Shown here in pieces: positions 19,365 through 28,883 of a stretch of 64,000 bases of DNA. The notes below the pieces were generated by a model that searched no databases, was not told where the DNA came from, and saw only the letters and a list, made by a program, of their open reading frames with translations. How positions within the stretch are numbered: position 1 is the first letter of the stretch; every line of letters begins with the position of its first letter. A program made the translations under genes and the position numbers. Source of the DNA: a virus (lineage: Duplodnaviria; Caudoviricetes); IMG/VR virus record IMGVR_UViG_3300032138_000006, positions 1 to 64,000 of that record; one strand, written 5' to 3'.

Positions 19365-22274
19365 ATGTCAGTAAAAAGATTTAAGTTTGTTTCACCCGGA
19401 ATTTTTTTGAATGAGATCGACAACTCATTTCTTCCGGCTGAACGGGAAAAGTCAGGACCGGTTGTAATCGGTCGAACCCTACGAGGACCCGCGATGCGCC
19501 CGGTAACGGTGCAGTCGCAAGCGGAATTCGTAGAAATGTTTGGATCCCCCGTACCGGGCGGTCGAGGCAACGACGTTTGGAGACAGGGGAACCTCCAGTC
19601 TCCAATGTATGCTAGTTATGCCGCGATGGCATATCTTCGAAATAACGGACCAGTCACCATGGTGCGATTGCTCGGTCATGAGCACGAAGATAGAACCGCA
19701 AGCAGCGGCGAATCTGGATGGAATGTCACGAACGCATGGGGCTTGTTCCTTTGGAATTCTAGTTCTGATGCAACCCCCGCCGATGAGGAAATTACCGGCT
19801 CTCTTGCGGCTGTGTTTTATCAAAACGATGTTGGAGCGCCGTTACTTTCGGGCTCCAGAACGTCAGCCAACCTCGGAGGCTCACCTTCCGCGGCAACAAA
19901 AGTTACATGCGGAAACGTCATATCTGTCGGCGACGATAAAGAATTTAGAATTGCGGTAGTTGCCGCTCATGATGGAGCAGCATCGCTTGTCACTTCCTTC
20001 AACTTTAACAAGCGGTCGAGCAAATTCATTCGAAAGGTGTTTAACACAAATCCCACACTTTTAAATACTAACTTGATTGGTACAAGCAACAGGGAAACCA
20101 TGTTCTTGGGTCAAAGCTTTGAGAACAATCTTGATGATTACATAACAGATAGCGCTGCCGGTAAGGTTCAGGGCATGATCTGTAGGCTTCAACAGGGCGG
20201 CGCCGGAACCAAGGTTGGCGCCGATTTCCGCGACAACGGCGGCGCTACGGCTGGTAACACAGGTTGGGTTTTTTCTCAACACCTTTCTTTTGACCACAAC
20301 GATTTTGCGCCTGCTATTTCGAGCGGCGCAGTTTCCGGCGGTGTTAATCGATTGTTCAAACTTCACGCCCTTAACAATGGAGAGTGGGAGAGCAGCAATC
20401 TGAAAATCTCGATTAGAGACATTAAGTATTCTAGAAATCCAGTGGAGAACCCATATGGGACATTCACTGTCGAGGTTCGCAAAGCATCGGACACGGACAT
20501 TTCGCCTGTTGTCGTGGAAGCATTTTCAAATTGCAACTTGAACCCGAACTCTCCTGATTATATCAAGAGGAAGATCGGAGACATCAACCTTGTATGGAAT
20601 GAGGCAGATCGACGATACACAGAGCAGGGTGATTATGCAAATCAGTCTCGCTACATTCGAGTTGAAATGGATGAGGATTTGGACGCCTCTGCGTTAGATC
20701 CGCAGTGTCTGCCATTTGGATTCTTTGGACCCCCTCGACTGGTGACAACTCACCTTAATGACGCGACCGGCATCACGGCTACAACGACAAGCATGTTCAC
20801 TGACGGTGGTGGTCCAGCGCATGGTTATCCCAATGCGGTGGGCACCGACGATAATAGGCTTTCCATTACCACCTCGAATCTTCTTGCGCTTGAGTTCCCA
20901 AAAGTTCCGACCCGTGCTAGTAGCACGTCTGGATCGCTTTCCAATCGAAAGCAGGCTTATTGGGGCGTATATACGCTTGAGCCCGGAAGCGCCAAGGTGT
21001 TCAATGCATCTTGGGGCGATCTGATGTATCCGCTTCCCGACGGCATGGCTGTCGGAGATTCCGACGGCTTGGTCGAAGAAAGCCAGTGGGTATTTAGTTT
21101 GGATGATGTGGGGCTTTCCGGTGCAAACAATTCTGAGGCTTCATGGGCTGCGGGTAAACGAGCAGCCGGAACCTCTTGGAGCGCTAGCGGAAGCGACGGC
21201 GCCGGAGCGAATGGAAGCTGGTCAGGTTCGCTTGATCAGGGTATCGACAAGTTCACCATGCCTCTCTGGGGTGGCTTCGACGGGCTTGATATTAAGCAGT
21301 TGGATCCCTTCTCTTCCGACAAGGCGATGGATGCTGCGTCGACCGACAAAAGCAACTATGCTTTTTACTCAACGCGCAAAGCAATCGATGCTGTGTCCGA
21401 TTCGGAAGTAGTGGAGATGAACTTGGCTTGTATGCCCGGTATCACCAATAATAACCTCAACACTCACTTGGTTAATGTTTGTGAACGCCGCGGCGACGCG
21501 CTAGCAATCCTCGATTTGGATGGCGGCTATAAGCCGCGAAGCAATCGAGCCGCAGGCGATGCGTTTTCAGCATACGGCGGCTCGGTAGAGAACACGCTTA
21601 CCACAGTGGAAACGCTAGGAATTAATTCAAGCTATGCATGTAGCTACTACCCATGGGTTCAGATTCAGGACACACAGAATGGAGCGTCCTTGTGGGCTCC
21701 TCCTTCGGTGGCTGCGCTGGGTACCCTTGGTAGCGCTGAAACCCAATCAGATGTGTGGTTCGCCCCTGCGGGATTCACTCGCGGAGGCTTGACAGAAGGT
21801 TCCGCAGGCTTGCCTGTTACGGCAGTACGAGATCGTTTGACGTCGAAAGATCGAGACAAGCTCTACGCCGCTAATGTCAACCCGATTGCAACGTTCCCAG
21901 CCGAGGGTATTGTTATCTTTGGTCAGAAGACAATGCAGATAACCCCATCGGCTTTGGACAGGATCAATGTTCGCCGCTTGATGATCTTTGTTAAGAAAGA
22001 GATTTCCAAGATGGCGGCTACCACTCTTTTTGAGCCCAACGTTCAAAGAACGTGGGATGGTTTTGTGGGTCGCGTTAATCCGTTCCTTTCTAGCGTACAA
22101 GCAGGTTTGGGTCTGGACGACTTCAAGGTTATTCTTGACGAGACTACAACCACTGCGGACTTGGTTGATCGCAATATCATGTATGCAAAGATTTTGCTTA
22201 AGCCAACACGCGCTATTGAGTACATTGCGATTGACTTCGTGATTACAAATAGCGGAGCATCGTTCGAAGATTAA
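19365..22274 (+). CDS. Contractile tail sheath protein (gp18-like)
   Basis: FVSPG...EID at the N-terminus; SSY...YYPW, WFAPAG..RG, RDKLY...VNPI, GQKT, SALDRINVRRL, FEPN. Confidence 0.95.
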   Translation: MSVKRFKFVSPGIFLNEIDNSFLPAEREKSGPVVIGRTLRGPAMRPVTVQSQAEFVEMFGSPVPGGRGNDVWRQGNLQSPMYASYAAMAYLRNNGPVTMVRLLGHEHEDRTASSGESGWNVTNAWGLFLWNSSSDATPADEEITGSLAAVFYQNDVGAPLLSGSRTSANLGGSPSAATKVTCGNVISVGDDKEFRIAVVAAHDGAASLVTSFNFNKRSSKFIRKVFNTNPTLLNTNLIGTSNRETMFLGQSFENNLDDYITDSAAGKVQGMICRLQQGGAGTKVGADFRDNGGATAGNTGWVFSQHLSFDHNDFAPAISSGAVSGGVNRLFKLHALNNGEWESSNLKISIRDIKYSRNPVENPYGTFTVEVRKASDTDISPVVVEAFSNCNLNPNSPDYIKRKIGDINLVWNEADRRYTEQGDYANQSRYIRVEMDEDLDASALDPQCLPFGFFGPPRLVTTHLNDATGITATTTSMFTDGGGPAHGYPNAVGTDDNRLSITTSNLLALEFPKVPTRASSTSGSLSNRKQAYWGVYTLEPGSAKVFNASWGDLMYPLPDGMAVGDSDGLVEESQWVFSLDDVGLSGANNSEASWAAGKRAAGTSWSASGSDGAGANGSWSGSLDQGIDKFTMPLWGGFDGLDIKQLDPFSSDKAMDAASTDKSNYAFYSTRKAIDAVSDSEVVEMNLACMPGITNNNLNTHLVNVCERRGDALAILDLDGGYKPRSNRAAGDAFSAYGGSVENTLTTVETLGINSSYACSYYPWVQIQDTQNGASLWAPPSVAALGTLGSAETQSDVWFAPAGFTRGGLTEGSAGLPVTAVRDRLTSKDRDKLYAANVNPIATFPAEGIVIFGQKTMQITPSALDRINVRRLMIFVKKEISKMAATTLFEPNVQRTWDGFVGRVNPFLSSVQAGLGLDDFKVILDETTTTADLVDRNIMYAKILLKPTRAIEYIAIDFVITNSGASFED

Positions 22275-22284
22275 TATAAGTGAC

Positions 22285-22310
22285 GTCGGGGTAATATTGA
22301 TTACCCCGAC
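22285..22310 (+). terminator. Perfect 11-bp hairpin between sheath and tube genes
   Basis: GTCGGGGTAAT-ATTG-ATTACCCCGAC with only a weak T tail; overlaps the late motif at 22309. Confidence 0.5.
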
Positions 22311-22358
22311 TACTTATTACTAGAAAATGATTTTTTAATTAATAGGAGTTGATAAAAA

Positions 22359-22862
22359 ATGGCTAAGGAAACATGGTGGAATGACGCCCAAGCAGAACCA
22401 AAGAGAGCATATCGATGGACTGTATATTTTGGAGGTCTCTCGGAGTACATCGCAAAGAAGGTGTCAAAGCCTAGCTTCACTGTTACAGAGACCGCACACA
22501 CATACTTGAACCACAAGTTTTACTACCCCGGTCGAGTTGAGTGGAACACAATTAATTTGACTGTGGTCGATTCGGTCTCGCCAAATGCATCTAGTGAAAT
22601 CCTTCAGATGATTTCAGCCGCTGGCTATAAAGTGCCCAAATCGGCTGGAACGGCAAAGCATACCATGAGTAAAGCAGCGGCGATCAATCGCCTCAAAGAG
22701 GTGAAGATCCACCAACTCAAGCCTGATGGCACACCAATGGAGACTTGGACTCTCAGTGGGTGCTGGATCAAAGATGTCAAGTTTGGAGAGTTGGATTACG
22801 AATCAGACGACATGATCGAGATCGAACTTGAACTTCGCTATGACTTCGCAGAGCTAGGCTAA
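22359..22862 (+). CDS. Tail tube protein (gp19-like)
   Basis: EPKR.YRW, YYPGRVEW..I.LT..D, WTL.GCW......GELDY, L.YD; follows the sheath gene. Confidence 0.9.
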   Translation: MAKETWWNDAQAEPKRAYRWTVYFGGLSEYIAKKVSKPSFTVTETAHTYLNHKFYYPGRVEWNTINLTVVDSVSPNASSEILQMISAAGYKVPKSAGTAKHTMSKAAAINRLKEVKIHQLKPDGTPMETWTLSGCWIKDVKFGELDYESDDMIEIELELRYDFAELG

Positions 22863-22886
22863 CTTAGCTAATAATTAAAAAAGTTC

Positions 22887-22915
22887 TTAACAAAAGATAG
22901 AAAAACTCCTATTAT
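22887..22915 (+). promoter_or_regulatory. Putative sigma70 promoter
   Basis: TTAACA-17 nt-TATTAT with an A-rich upstream tract. Confidence 0.45.
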
Positions 22916-22945
22916 AGTATATATTCTTTTGAAAAGAGGTGATAG

Positions 22946-23797
22946 ATGTCTAGAAATAATGAGGAGCGCACAGGAGCCCGACAAGCTGCTGAAACGCCTC
23001 CTAGTAAAATGGTTTCTGAAAATGAAGCTTCCCCCCTTGACTTTACAACGCCAACCGAATTTGTAGATCTGCCATCTGGTGGCACATATTACGCAGATGA
23101 CCATCCCCTGCACGGGAAAGATAGCGTTGAGATTCGTTACATGACTGCAAAAGATGAAGACATTTTAACGTCGAAATCTTTGCTTAAAAAGGGTCTAGCG
23201 ATTGATAGATTGTTGCAGAACATCATTGTTGATAAATCAATTAAGCTCGGCGATCTTCTTATTGGTGATAAAAACGCGCTCGTTGTGGCAGCACGAGTTA
23301 CCGGCTATGGAAGTGAATACATTACAAGAGTGACGTGCCCAGCCTGCGCAGCCTCGCAGCAATATCAGTTTGATTTGGATGCCGGTGATCACAACGCTGG
23401 AGGCAGCCACCCTGATGTGACAGCGGCAGGCACGGGCTTATGGTCGGTTGTGTGTCCCAAGAGCAACGTTGAAGTTACATTGGGGCTTCTTACCGGACAG
23501 GACGAAAAGATTATGCTCCAGTCGCAGCAGCGCCGAAAGAAACAAAAGTTACCAGAGACCGCGGCAACAGAACAGCTTCGGCTGATTATTAAATCGGTGG
23601 CAGGGAACTCAGACATTCTTACGGTTAACAAATTTGTTAATGTAATGCCAGCGCAAGACGCAAGGTACCTTCGCACAGTATACGAAGATCTAATGCCAAA
23701 CGTCAATCTCGATCAAGACTTTGAATGTGTTGAATGCGGGTTTGATATGGAAATGGAGGTGCCGTTTACTACGGACTTTTTTTGGCCTAAGCGATAA
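22946..23797 (+). CDS. Baseplate hub/tail assembly chaperone (gp26-like), two CxxC motifs
   Basis: VDLPSGG, IRYMTAKDEDIL, ARVTGYG, CPAC, CVECG, ends DFFWPKR. Confidence 0.75.
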   Translation: MSRNNEERTGARQAAETPPSKMVSENEASPLDFTTPTEFVDLPSGGTYYADDHPLHGKDSVEIRYMTAKDEDILTSKSLLKKGLAIDRLLQNIIVDKSIKLGDLLIGDKNALVVAARVTGYGSEYITRVTCPACAASQQYQFDLDAGDHNAGGSHPDVTAAGTGLWSVVCPKSNVEVTLGLLTGQDEKIMLQSQQRRKKQKLPETAATEQLRLIIKSVAGNSDILTVNKFVNVMPAQDARYLRTVYEDLMPNVNLDQDFECVECGFDMEMEVPFTTDFFWPKR

Positions 23798-23981
23798 ATA
23801 TATTGAAAGTGTTTATGAACAAATATTTGTTTTAAAACACCACGGTGGATGGAGTTTTGTTGAGGCATATAGTTTGCCGATCATGCTTCGACATTGGTTT
23901 GTGAGAAGGTTAACAAAGCACTTCGAGCAAGAAAAAGCAGAGATGGAGAAAGCCAAGGCTCGCTCCAAATCAAAAAGATGA
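23778..23981 (+). CDS. gp51-like chaperone extension, probably reached by frameshift
   Basis: FFGLSDKY...YEQIF.LKHHGGWS..EAY.LP...R.WF; no SD-linked start; overlaps the upstream gene at a T7 run. Confidence 0.65.
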   Translation, partial: FFGLSDKYIESVYEQIFVLKHHGGWSFVEAYSLPIMLRHWFVRRLTKHFEQEKAEMEKAKARSKSKR

Positions 23982-23982
23982 T

Positions 23983-24010
23983 AAAAGGGCATCACTCGAT
24001 GCCCTTTTTT
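23983..24010 (+). terminator. Rho-independent terminator
   Basis: AAAAGGGCATC-ACTC-GATGCCCTTTTTT. Confidence 0.85.
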
Positions 24011-24062
24011 CTTTTTAAAAGAACTATTTATATCGTATTAATATACTTGCGAGGACGAAAAC

Positions 24063-24404
24063 ATGGCAAATCAAAATGGCGACCTGAGTCCAATTGTTAT
24101 TGACTTGACAGCAGCCAAAGATGGCAAGCTTGATGAATTTAATTTTCTTGCCATGATGGGCTCAGGAATTAAAGAGTTGCTTAAGTTGATGTTTGGCGGG
24201 AGTGGCGCAGTTCCAGTGTCTGTGAGAGGATCCAAGGGCGACGTGAAATCATTCGCCAAAACTCTTGGTCGAGAAAAGAGATACATCGACGCATACCGTA
24301 AATATGGGTTGAATGATCCGCGGACATACAAGAACAAATTCAAATTAAACAAATCTATTAAAGACTTTAAAAAGAAGACTGGCTTGAAGTGGCCTTTTAA
24401 ATAG
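24063..24404 (+). CDS. Hypothetical protein
   Basis: GAGG SD; late motif at 24023; basic C-terminus. Confidence 0.7.
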   Translation: MANQNGDLSPIVIDLTAAKDGKLDEFNFLAMMGSGIKELLKLMFGGSGAVPVSVRGSKGDVKSFAKTLGREKRYIDAYRKYGLNDPRTYKNKFKLNKSIKDFKKKTGLKWPFK

Positions 24405-24422
24405 GCAAGAGGTCTGTAATGA

Positions 24423-27400
24423 ATGGCTGACGATAAGACCCCAAAAATTGATACTGGACCCGCAGAACGACTTCATCAGAAATTAGTTGAGATCGATCAG
24501 ACCATGGGCGGGATTATATCCAAGTCTGAGGCACTCGCTTCAGCCACGGGTGAAATTGCAGACGAGGAGTCTCGCAAGCTTCAACTCATGCTTGAGGTTA
24601 AAAACCATGGTACCGACCGGCTCGCAGAACAGAAAGAAGCAGCCGAATTGGCGCTGCGCGAAGCCGAGGCGCTGGAGAAGTCGGGAGCCGCGACTGCTGC
24701 GCTGGTCAAGGAGCGCCGGGATGCTGTCGACGCCGCAGGGGAGGACTTAGCAGCCGCAGAGGGTTTGGGCGACGTCACCGACGCACAAGTTCAAAAACAA
24801 AAAGGCGTCGCCGATCAAGCCGAACGTGGCGCCAACGCATCAGCTAGACAAGCAAAGATAATTGCCGGTGGTGAGGGCAGCATGTCCAACATGCTTACCA
24901 TGATGACCGGTATCAGCAATTCTTGGGAAGAATCCGCCATTGGCGCGTTTATATTAACGGCGCGGGTCAATGGTCTCGGCGCTGCATTTGCGATGGTCGG
25001 CGCTGCCGCAAAATCTCTATTCACCACAATGAATATCCTGATGTCGATGGGCATCGGTCTCGGTCTAGTTCTTCTAAAAATGGCGTTTGGTCTAGATAGT
25101 GCCAAGGCTTCTCTCAATGAGACAACTGGAGCGATGGGCACATATAATGTAGAGCTTGAACAAGCGTCCGTGCATACTGCCAAGTTTGGTTTGTCATCTG
25201 GAGAGACAGGCAAGATTTTCGAAACGCTGAAAGGGGAGATGCTCTCATTTCATAAAATCAGCCACGACGCTCTCGATGGGGTTGTGGCATTGCAGGGTGC
25301 CATGACAAGATTTGGCGTTTCTGGAGGCGAAAGCACGAAGGCGCTCGATCACATGATAGGCTCAATGGGGATGGGCACCGGGGAGGCAAAGGCGTTTTCC
25401 TCAGACTTGGTTGGGCTTGGTCAAGCCTTCGGCACCCCGGCACGAACGTTTGCAGATTTCAACGCACACTTTGATACACTGGCAATTCATGGAAAGAACG
25501 CAGGAAAAGAATTTAAAAAACTGACAGGCATTTCAAAAGGCTTGGGTATGGAGATGGGAGAACTGATCTCTCTGACAGAACAATATAACACCCTCACCGG
25601 CGCCATGGCGGCTAGCGCTCAAATCAATGCAGTCTTGGGTGATCAATTGCTGGACGCCAACAAGATGTATGCCATGTCAGAGGGCGAGCGGATCATTGCA
25701 ATGAAACAGGCGTATGATCAGTCTGGTAAAAACTTCGCTCAAATGGGTCGAGGTGCCAAGAATCAGATGATTGAGGCGTTCGGCTTGAAGAATGCCGCGC
25801 AGGCAAATAAATTCTTTAGCCAAACTACTGCTGCCGAGCTTGAAAAATTGGCAAAACAGGCAGAAGAAACAGGCAAACCAATTGGAGATCTGATCGACGC
25901 GGCTGATGACAATCTCGATGCGATGACCACATTTAAAACCGCTTTCTCCGATTTGGCAAAAGCCATGGCTCCGGTTGCGGAGGCAATTAGTTGGGTTGCA
26001 AAAGGGCTCGCATCACTCACACAGCAGATTGGACCGGTCGGGAGCCTTCTTGTAGCCTTCTTGGCTTTTAAAGCAGTGCCACTAATTTTTAGTCTCTTTG
26101 GTGCGCTACTGACGAAGACTGCGGCAAAAATTCCCGGCTACGCTGCGCTGAATAAACTTCTTGGAACGACTGGTCTCGAAGCCGGGGCAGGTCAGGCCAG
26201 CGCAGCCACTGGAACTACTTTGATGGGGCAGGCAGCTTCAATGTCTGCTGGTCAGATTGTAGCACTGGGGTTTGCAATCTTGTTGGTTGCCGCTGGTATC
26301 GCCCTTATTGTATTGTCTTTGGCAGTGCTTGCTTCCCAGATGAGTGAGATGTCCGGAGGGCAGATGGCAGCATTTGCCCTTGTTGTGGCAGCAATCGGGT
26401 TCGCCCTGTGGCTGGTAATCCCGGCTATCATGGCTTCCGCCGCCACCGCCGGAGCAGCCACGGTTCCATGGATGACATTTGGTAAAGCTGCCTTGCTCGT
26501 CGGCGTTGGAGTTGCCTTGGCAGGCTTGGGCATGTACTTGTTCGCGGCAGGTTTCCTAATGATTGCTGCGCAGATAGCAAACTTTGCATTGTTCGTTGGG
26601 CTGATGGCTGTGTTGGCATTGACCTCTTATTTGGTCGGCGCAGCCGGGGGTATTGTGCTGGTCGGCTTCCTTTTAATGGCAGCGGGCTTGATGGCTCTGG
26701 CGTTTGCATTGTTTTGGATTTCAACAGACGATCTCCAAGCACTTGGAGACATGATGATGGGGCTCGGAAAAGTCGCAGAATTCTCCGGCAAAGGTATATC
26801 TGAAATTGTTCCGACCGTCAAGAGCTTGATGTATGCACTGATGAGTTTGGGCTTTTGGCTCAAGGTCTCCGATGTCGAGGGCGAACTGTATTCGATGGGT
26901 CGGGCATTCCATGCGATGGGACGCGGCGCTTCATTGGGCGCAAGGTATCTTCCCACCTTTAATATTGGCTTAAAGGAAACCTTGACGATCACTGCTGGCA
27001 TCGGACCTGCTCTCAAATTTGCCAATGATGAGCTTGAAAGATTTTTTGACCACTTTGGTGAAATGTTCGGTATGGCATTGGGTGTGTATGCGTTCGCAGA
27101 TGCTTTGGATGAAATGGCATGGGGCGCGTACTGGCTCGGAGACGCTTTGGACAACATCAGCCCCGCACACGCAATTGCGTTTTCCACAATGATGGAAGAG
27201 GTGGGCGAAGTTTCTGATAAAATTGTAAAGATATCCCCCACCGCAATTGATAATGTCGGAGCGCTGGTGGAGCACGCAAACGATTACGCAGCATCCACTC
27301 GCGGCTCTTTCTTCTCTGGTGTGAGCGATGGCTTTGTGCGAATGCTGGAAGCTGCAAATGGTGCAGGCACCGCTGGACAAGGCGCGGCTGCTGTCGTCAC

Positions 27401-27494
27401 GGACAACCGCCCGATAATTCTACAAGTAAATGAGCGAGAACTGGGACGCGCAGTTAAAGAAGCACACAATAAGCACAAGAAAATCACTGGGTGA
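24423..27494 (+). CDS. Tape measure protein
   Basis: 1023 aa, Ala/Gly/Met-rich, helical with a long hydrophobic region; follows the tube and chaperone genes. Confidence 0.8.
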   Translation: MADDKTPKIDTGPAERLHQKLVEIDQTMGGIISKSEALASATGEIADEESRKLQLMLEVKNHGTDRLAEQKEAAELALREAEALEKSGAATAALVKERRDAVDAAGEDLAAAEGLGDVTDAQVQKQKGVADQAERGANASARQAKIIAGGEGSMSNMLTMMTGISNSWEESAIGAFILTARVNGLGAAFAMVGAAAKSLFTTMNILMSMGIGLGLVLLKMAFGLDSAKASLNETTGAMGTYNVELEQASVHTAKFGLSSGETGKIFETLKGEMLSFHKISHDALDGVVALQGAMTRFGVSGGESTKALDHMIGSMGMGTGEAKAFSSDLVGLGQAFGTPARTFADFNAHFDTLAIHGKNAGKEFKKLTGISKGLGMEMGELISLTEQYNTLTGAMAASAQINAVLGDQLLDANKMYAMSEGERIIAMKQAYDQSGKNFAQMGRGAKNQMIEAFGLKNAAQANKFFSQTTAAELEKLAKQAEETGKPIGDLIDAADDNLDAMTTFKTAFSDLAKAMAPVAEAISWVAKGLASLTQQIGPVGSLLVAFLAFKAVPLIFSLFGALLTKTAAKIPGYAALNKLLGTTGLEAGAGQASAATGTTLMGQAASMSAGQIVALGFAILLVAAGIALIVLSLAVLASQMSEMSGGQMAAFALVVAAIGFALWLVIPAIMASAATAGAATVPWMTFGKAALLVGVGVALAGLGMYLFAAGFLMIAAQIANFALFVGLMAVLALTSYLVGAAGGIVLVGFLLMAAGLMALAFALFWISTDDLQALGDMMMGLGKVAEFSGKGISEIVPTVKSLMYALMSLGFWLKVSDVEGELYSMGRAFHAMGRGASLGARYLPTFNIGLKETLTITAGIGPALKFANDELERFFDHFGEMFGMALGVYAFADALDEMAWGAYWLGDALDNISPAHAIAFSTMMEEVGEVSDKIVKISPTAIDNVGALVEHANDYAASTRGSFFSGVSDGFVRMLEAANGAGTAGQGAAAVVTDNRPIILQVNERELGRAVKEAHNKHKKITG

Positions 27495-27567
27495 TAAAAA
27501 ACTTATATTTGGGTGTTGTTAAAAATCAATCGGTGCCTAATTATTCTTAAGGAGATACAAAATTCTT

Positions 27568-28527
27568 ATGGCGAAGTGCACTGATACAGAACCTACAACT
27601 ACTGTGGAGAAGGTTGCCGAGGGCGTCCTTGATGGAATGGATCTCCTCGGGGGCGGCGCCTCCATCGATCACACAAGGTTCTTAGAACAGGATTATAAAA
27701 TTGAATTTTATAGTCTTGCGACCCACATTCAGACAACCTTTAAAGCCTTTGTTAAGTCCTTTTCAGACACATACGAATGCCGCTGGGAATCAACAACCGG
27801 CGTGGGAAGAAACGACCCAATTCAGAGTTATCAGGGTACGGGTCGGAAGATATCCATTGAATGGGATGTGGTGGCTCACAGTGCAGAGGAAGCAAGAAAA
27901 AATTTAAAAAAATGTGAAGCTCTCATTAAATCGATGTATCCGGTGATGAGACCAGCAGGCGGCGTTGTCCGAGCTATCGAATCTCCACCTTATTTCAGAT
28001 TTAAATTTGCCAACTTGGCTTCGGATAGAGGTGGCATGGGTCCTGTTGACAAGGATGGTTTGTTTGTGACTTGTGCTGGTATAGAATATGCTCCCGACTT
28101 TGATGCAGGGGTTTTTACTTCCCCTTGTGGAAACAATAATATATATCCAAAGCTTGTAAGCCTGAATGTTGAACTGACAGTTTTACATGATCACGATCTT
28201 GGCTTTGGCACAGGGGGATCGGACCACGGTGCATTTTCAGGATTTCCCTATGGTACTATTAAGGGCACTCCGCCAGATCTCGTGATGACTCAGCCCGAAG
28301 CGGCTCCAGCCACGCAGAGTGAGGAGGCAAACGCTGTGAATTCCGGAGCGTTGGGCACGCTGCCGGATGGCACTCCCATGACTGAAGCGCCCATGACGCC
28401 CGCCCCGGCCGCCGAGCAGCCACCGGATGGCACAGCCCCACCCGATGACACCACCGCCGCTAAGGCTAGTGAAGTTGGCGCCGATTCCGTGCTAAACCCG
28501 CCGGGTACCAATAGCGTTTTACAGTAG
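27568..28527 (+). CDS. Baseplate/tube initiator-like protein with Pro/Ala tail
   Basis: FKAFV.SFSD.Y...W.....GRNDPIQSYQGT.RKIS..W pattern; position after the tape measure gene. Confidence 0.55.
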   Translation: MAKCTDTEPTTTVEKVAEGVLDGMDLLGGGASIDHTRFLEQDYKIEFYSLATHIQTTFKAFVKSFSDTYECRWESTTGVGRNDPIQSYQGTGRKISIEWDVVAHSAEEARKNLKKCEALIKSMYPVMRPAGGVVRAIESPPYFRFKFANLASDRGGMGPVDKDGLFVTCAGIEYAPDFDAGVFTSPCGNNNIYPKLVSLNVELTVLHDHDLGFGTGGSDHGAFSGFPYGTIKGTPPDLVMTQPEAAPATQSEEANAVNSGALGTLPDGTPMTEAPMTPAPAAEQPPDGTAPPDDTTAAKASEVGADSVLNPPGTNSVLQ

Positions 28528-28540
28528 TGAGGATTAAAAA

Positions 28541-28879
28541 ATGAGCAGATATACAGTTAGACAGATTTACAAAAGCATGCCAGCGATGTATACTGGCATG
28601 ATGCGTGCACGCGGCATGACAACACAAAATGAGTATTTTGAAGGTCCTCGTTTCGATCAACCAACGCCAGAAGAATTAAAAAATATTGATCACATCGAGC
28701 ATGTGTGGAAAATTGGTGATCGTTTTTATAAACTTGCAGACAAGCACTATGGAGACCCAACAGCATGGTGGATCATAGCGCTTTATAACGGCACCCCAAC
28801 AGAGGGGCATGTCCGGACAGGAAATAAAATTTATATTCCTCAGCCCCCAAAGAGACTGATGGTATATTATGGGTTTTAA
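28541..28879 (+). CDS. LysM-like baseplate protein (gp53/tail X-like)
   Basis: H.WKIGDRFYKLADKHYGDP..WWIIA..N.......G..IYIP. Confidence 0.75.
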   Translation: MSRYTVRQIYKSMPAMYTGMMRARGMTTQNEYFEGPRFDQPTPEELKNIDHIEHVWKIGDRFYKLADKHYGDPTAWWIIALYNGTPTEGHVRTGNKIYIPQPPKRLMVYYGF

Positions 28880-28883
28880 ATAA

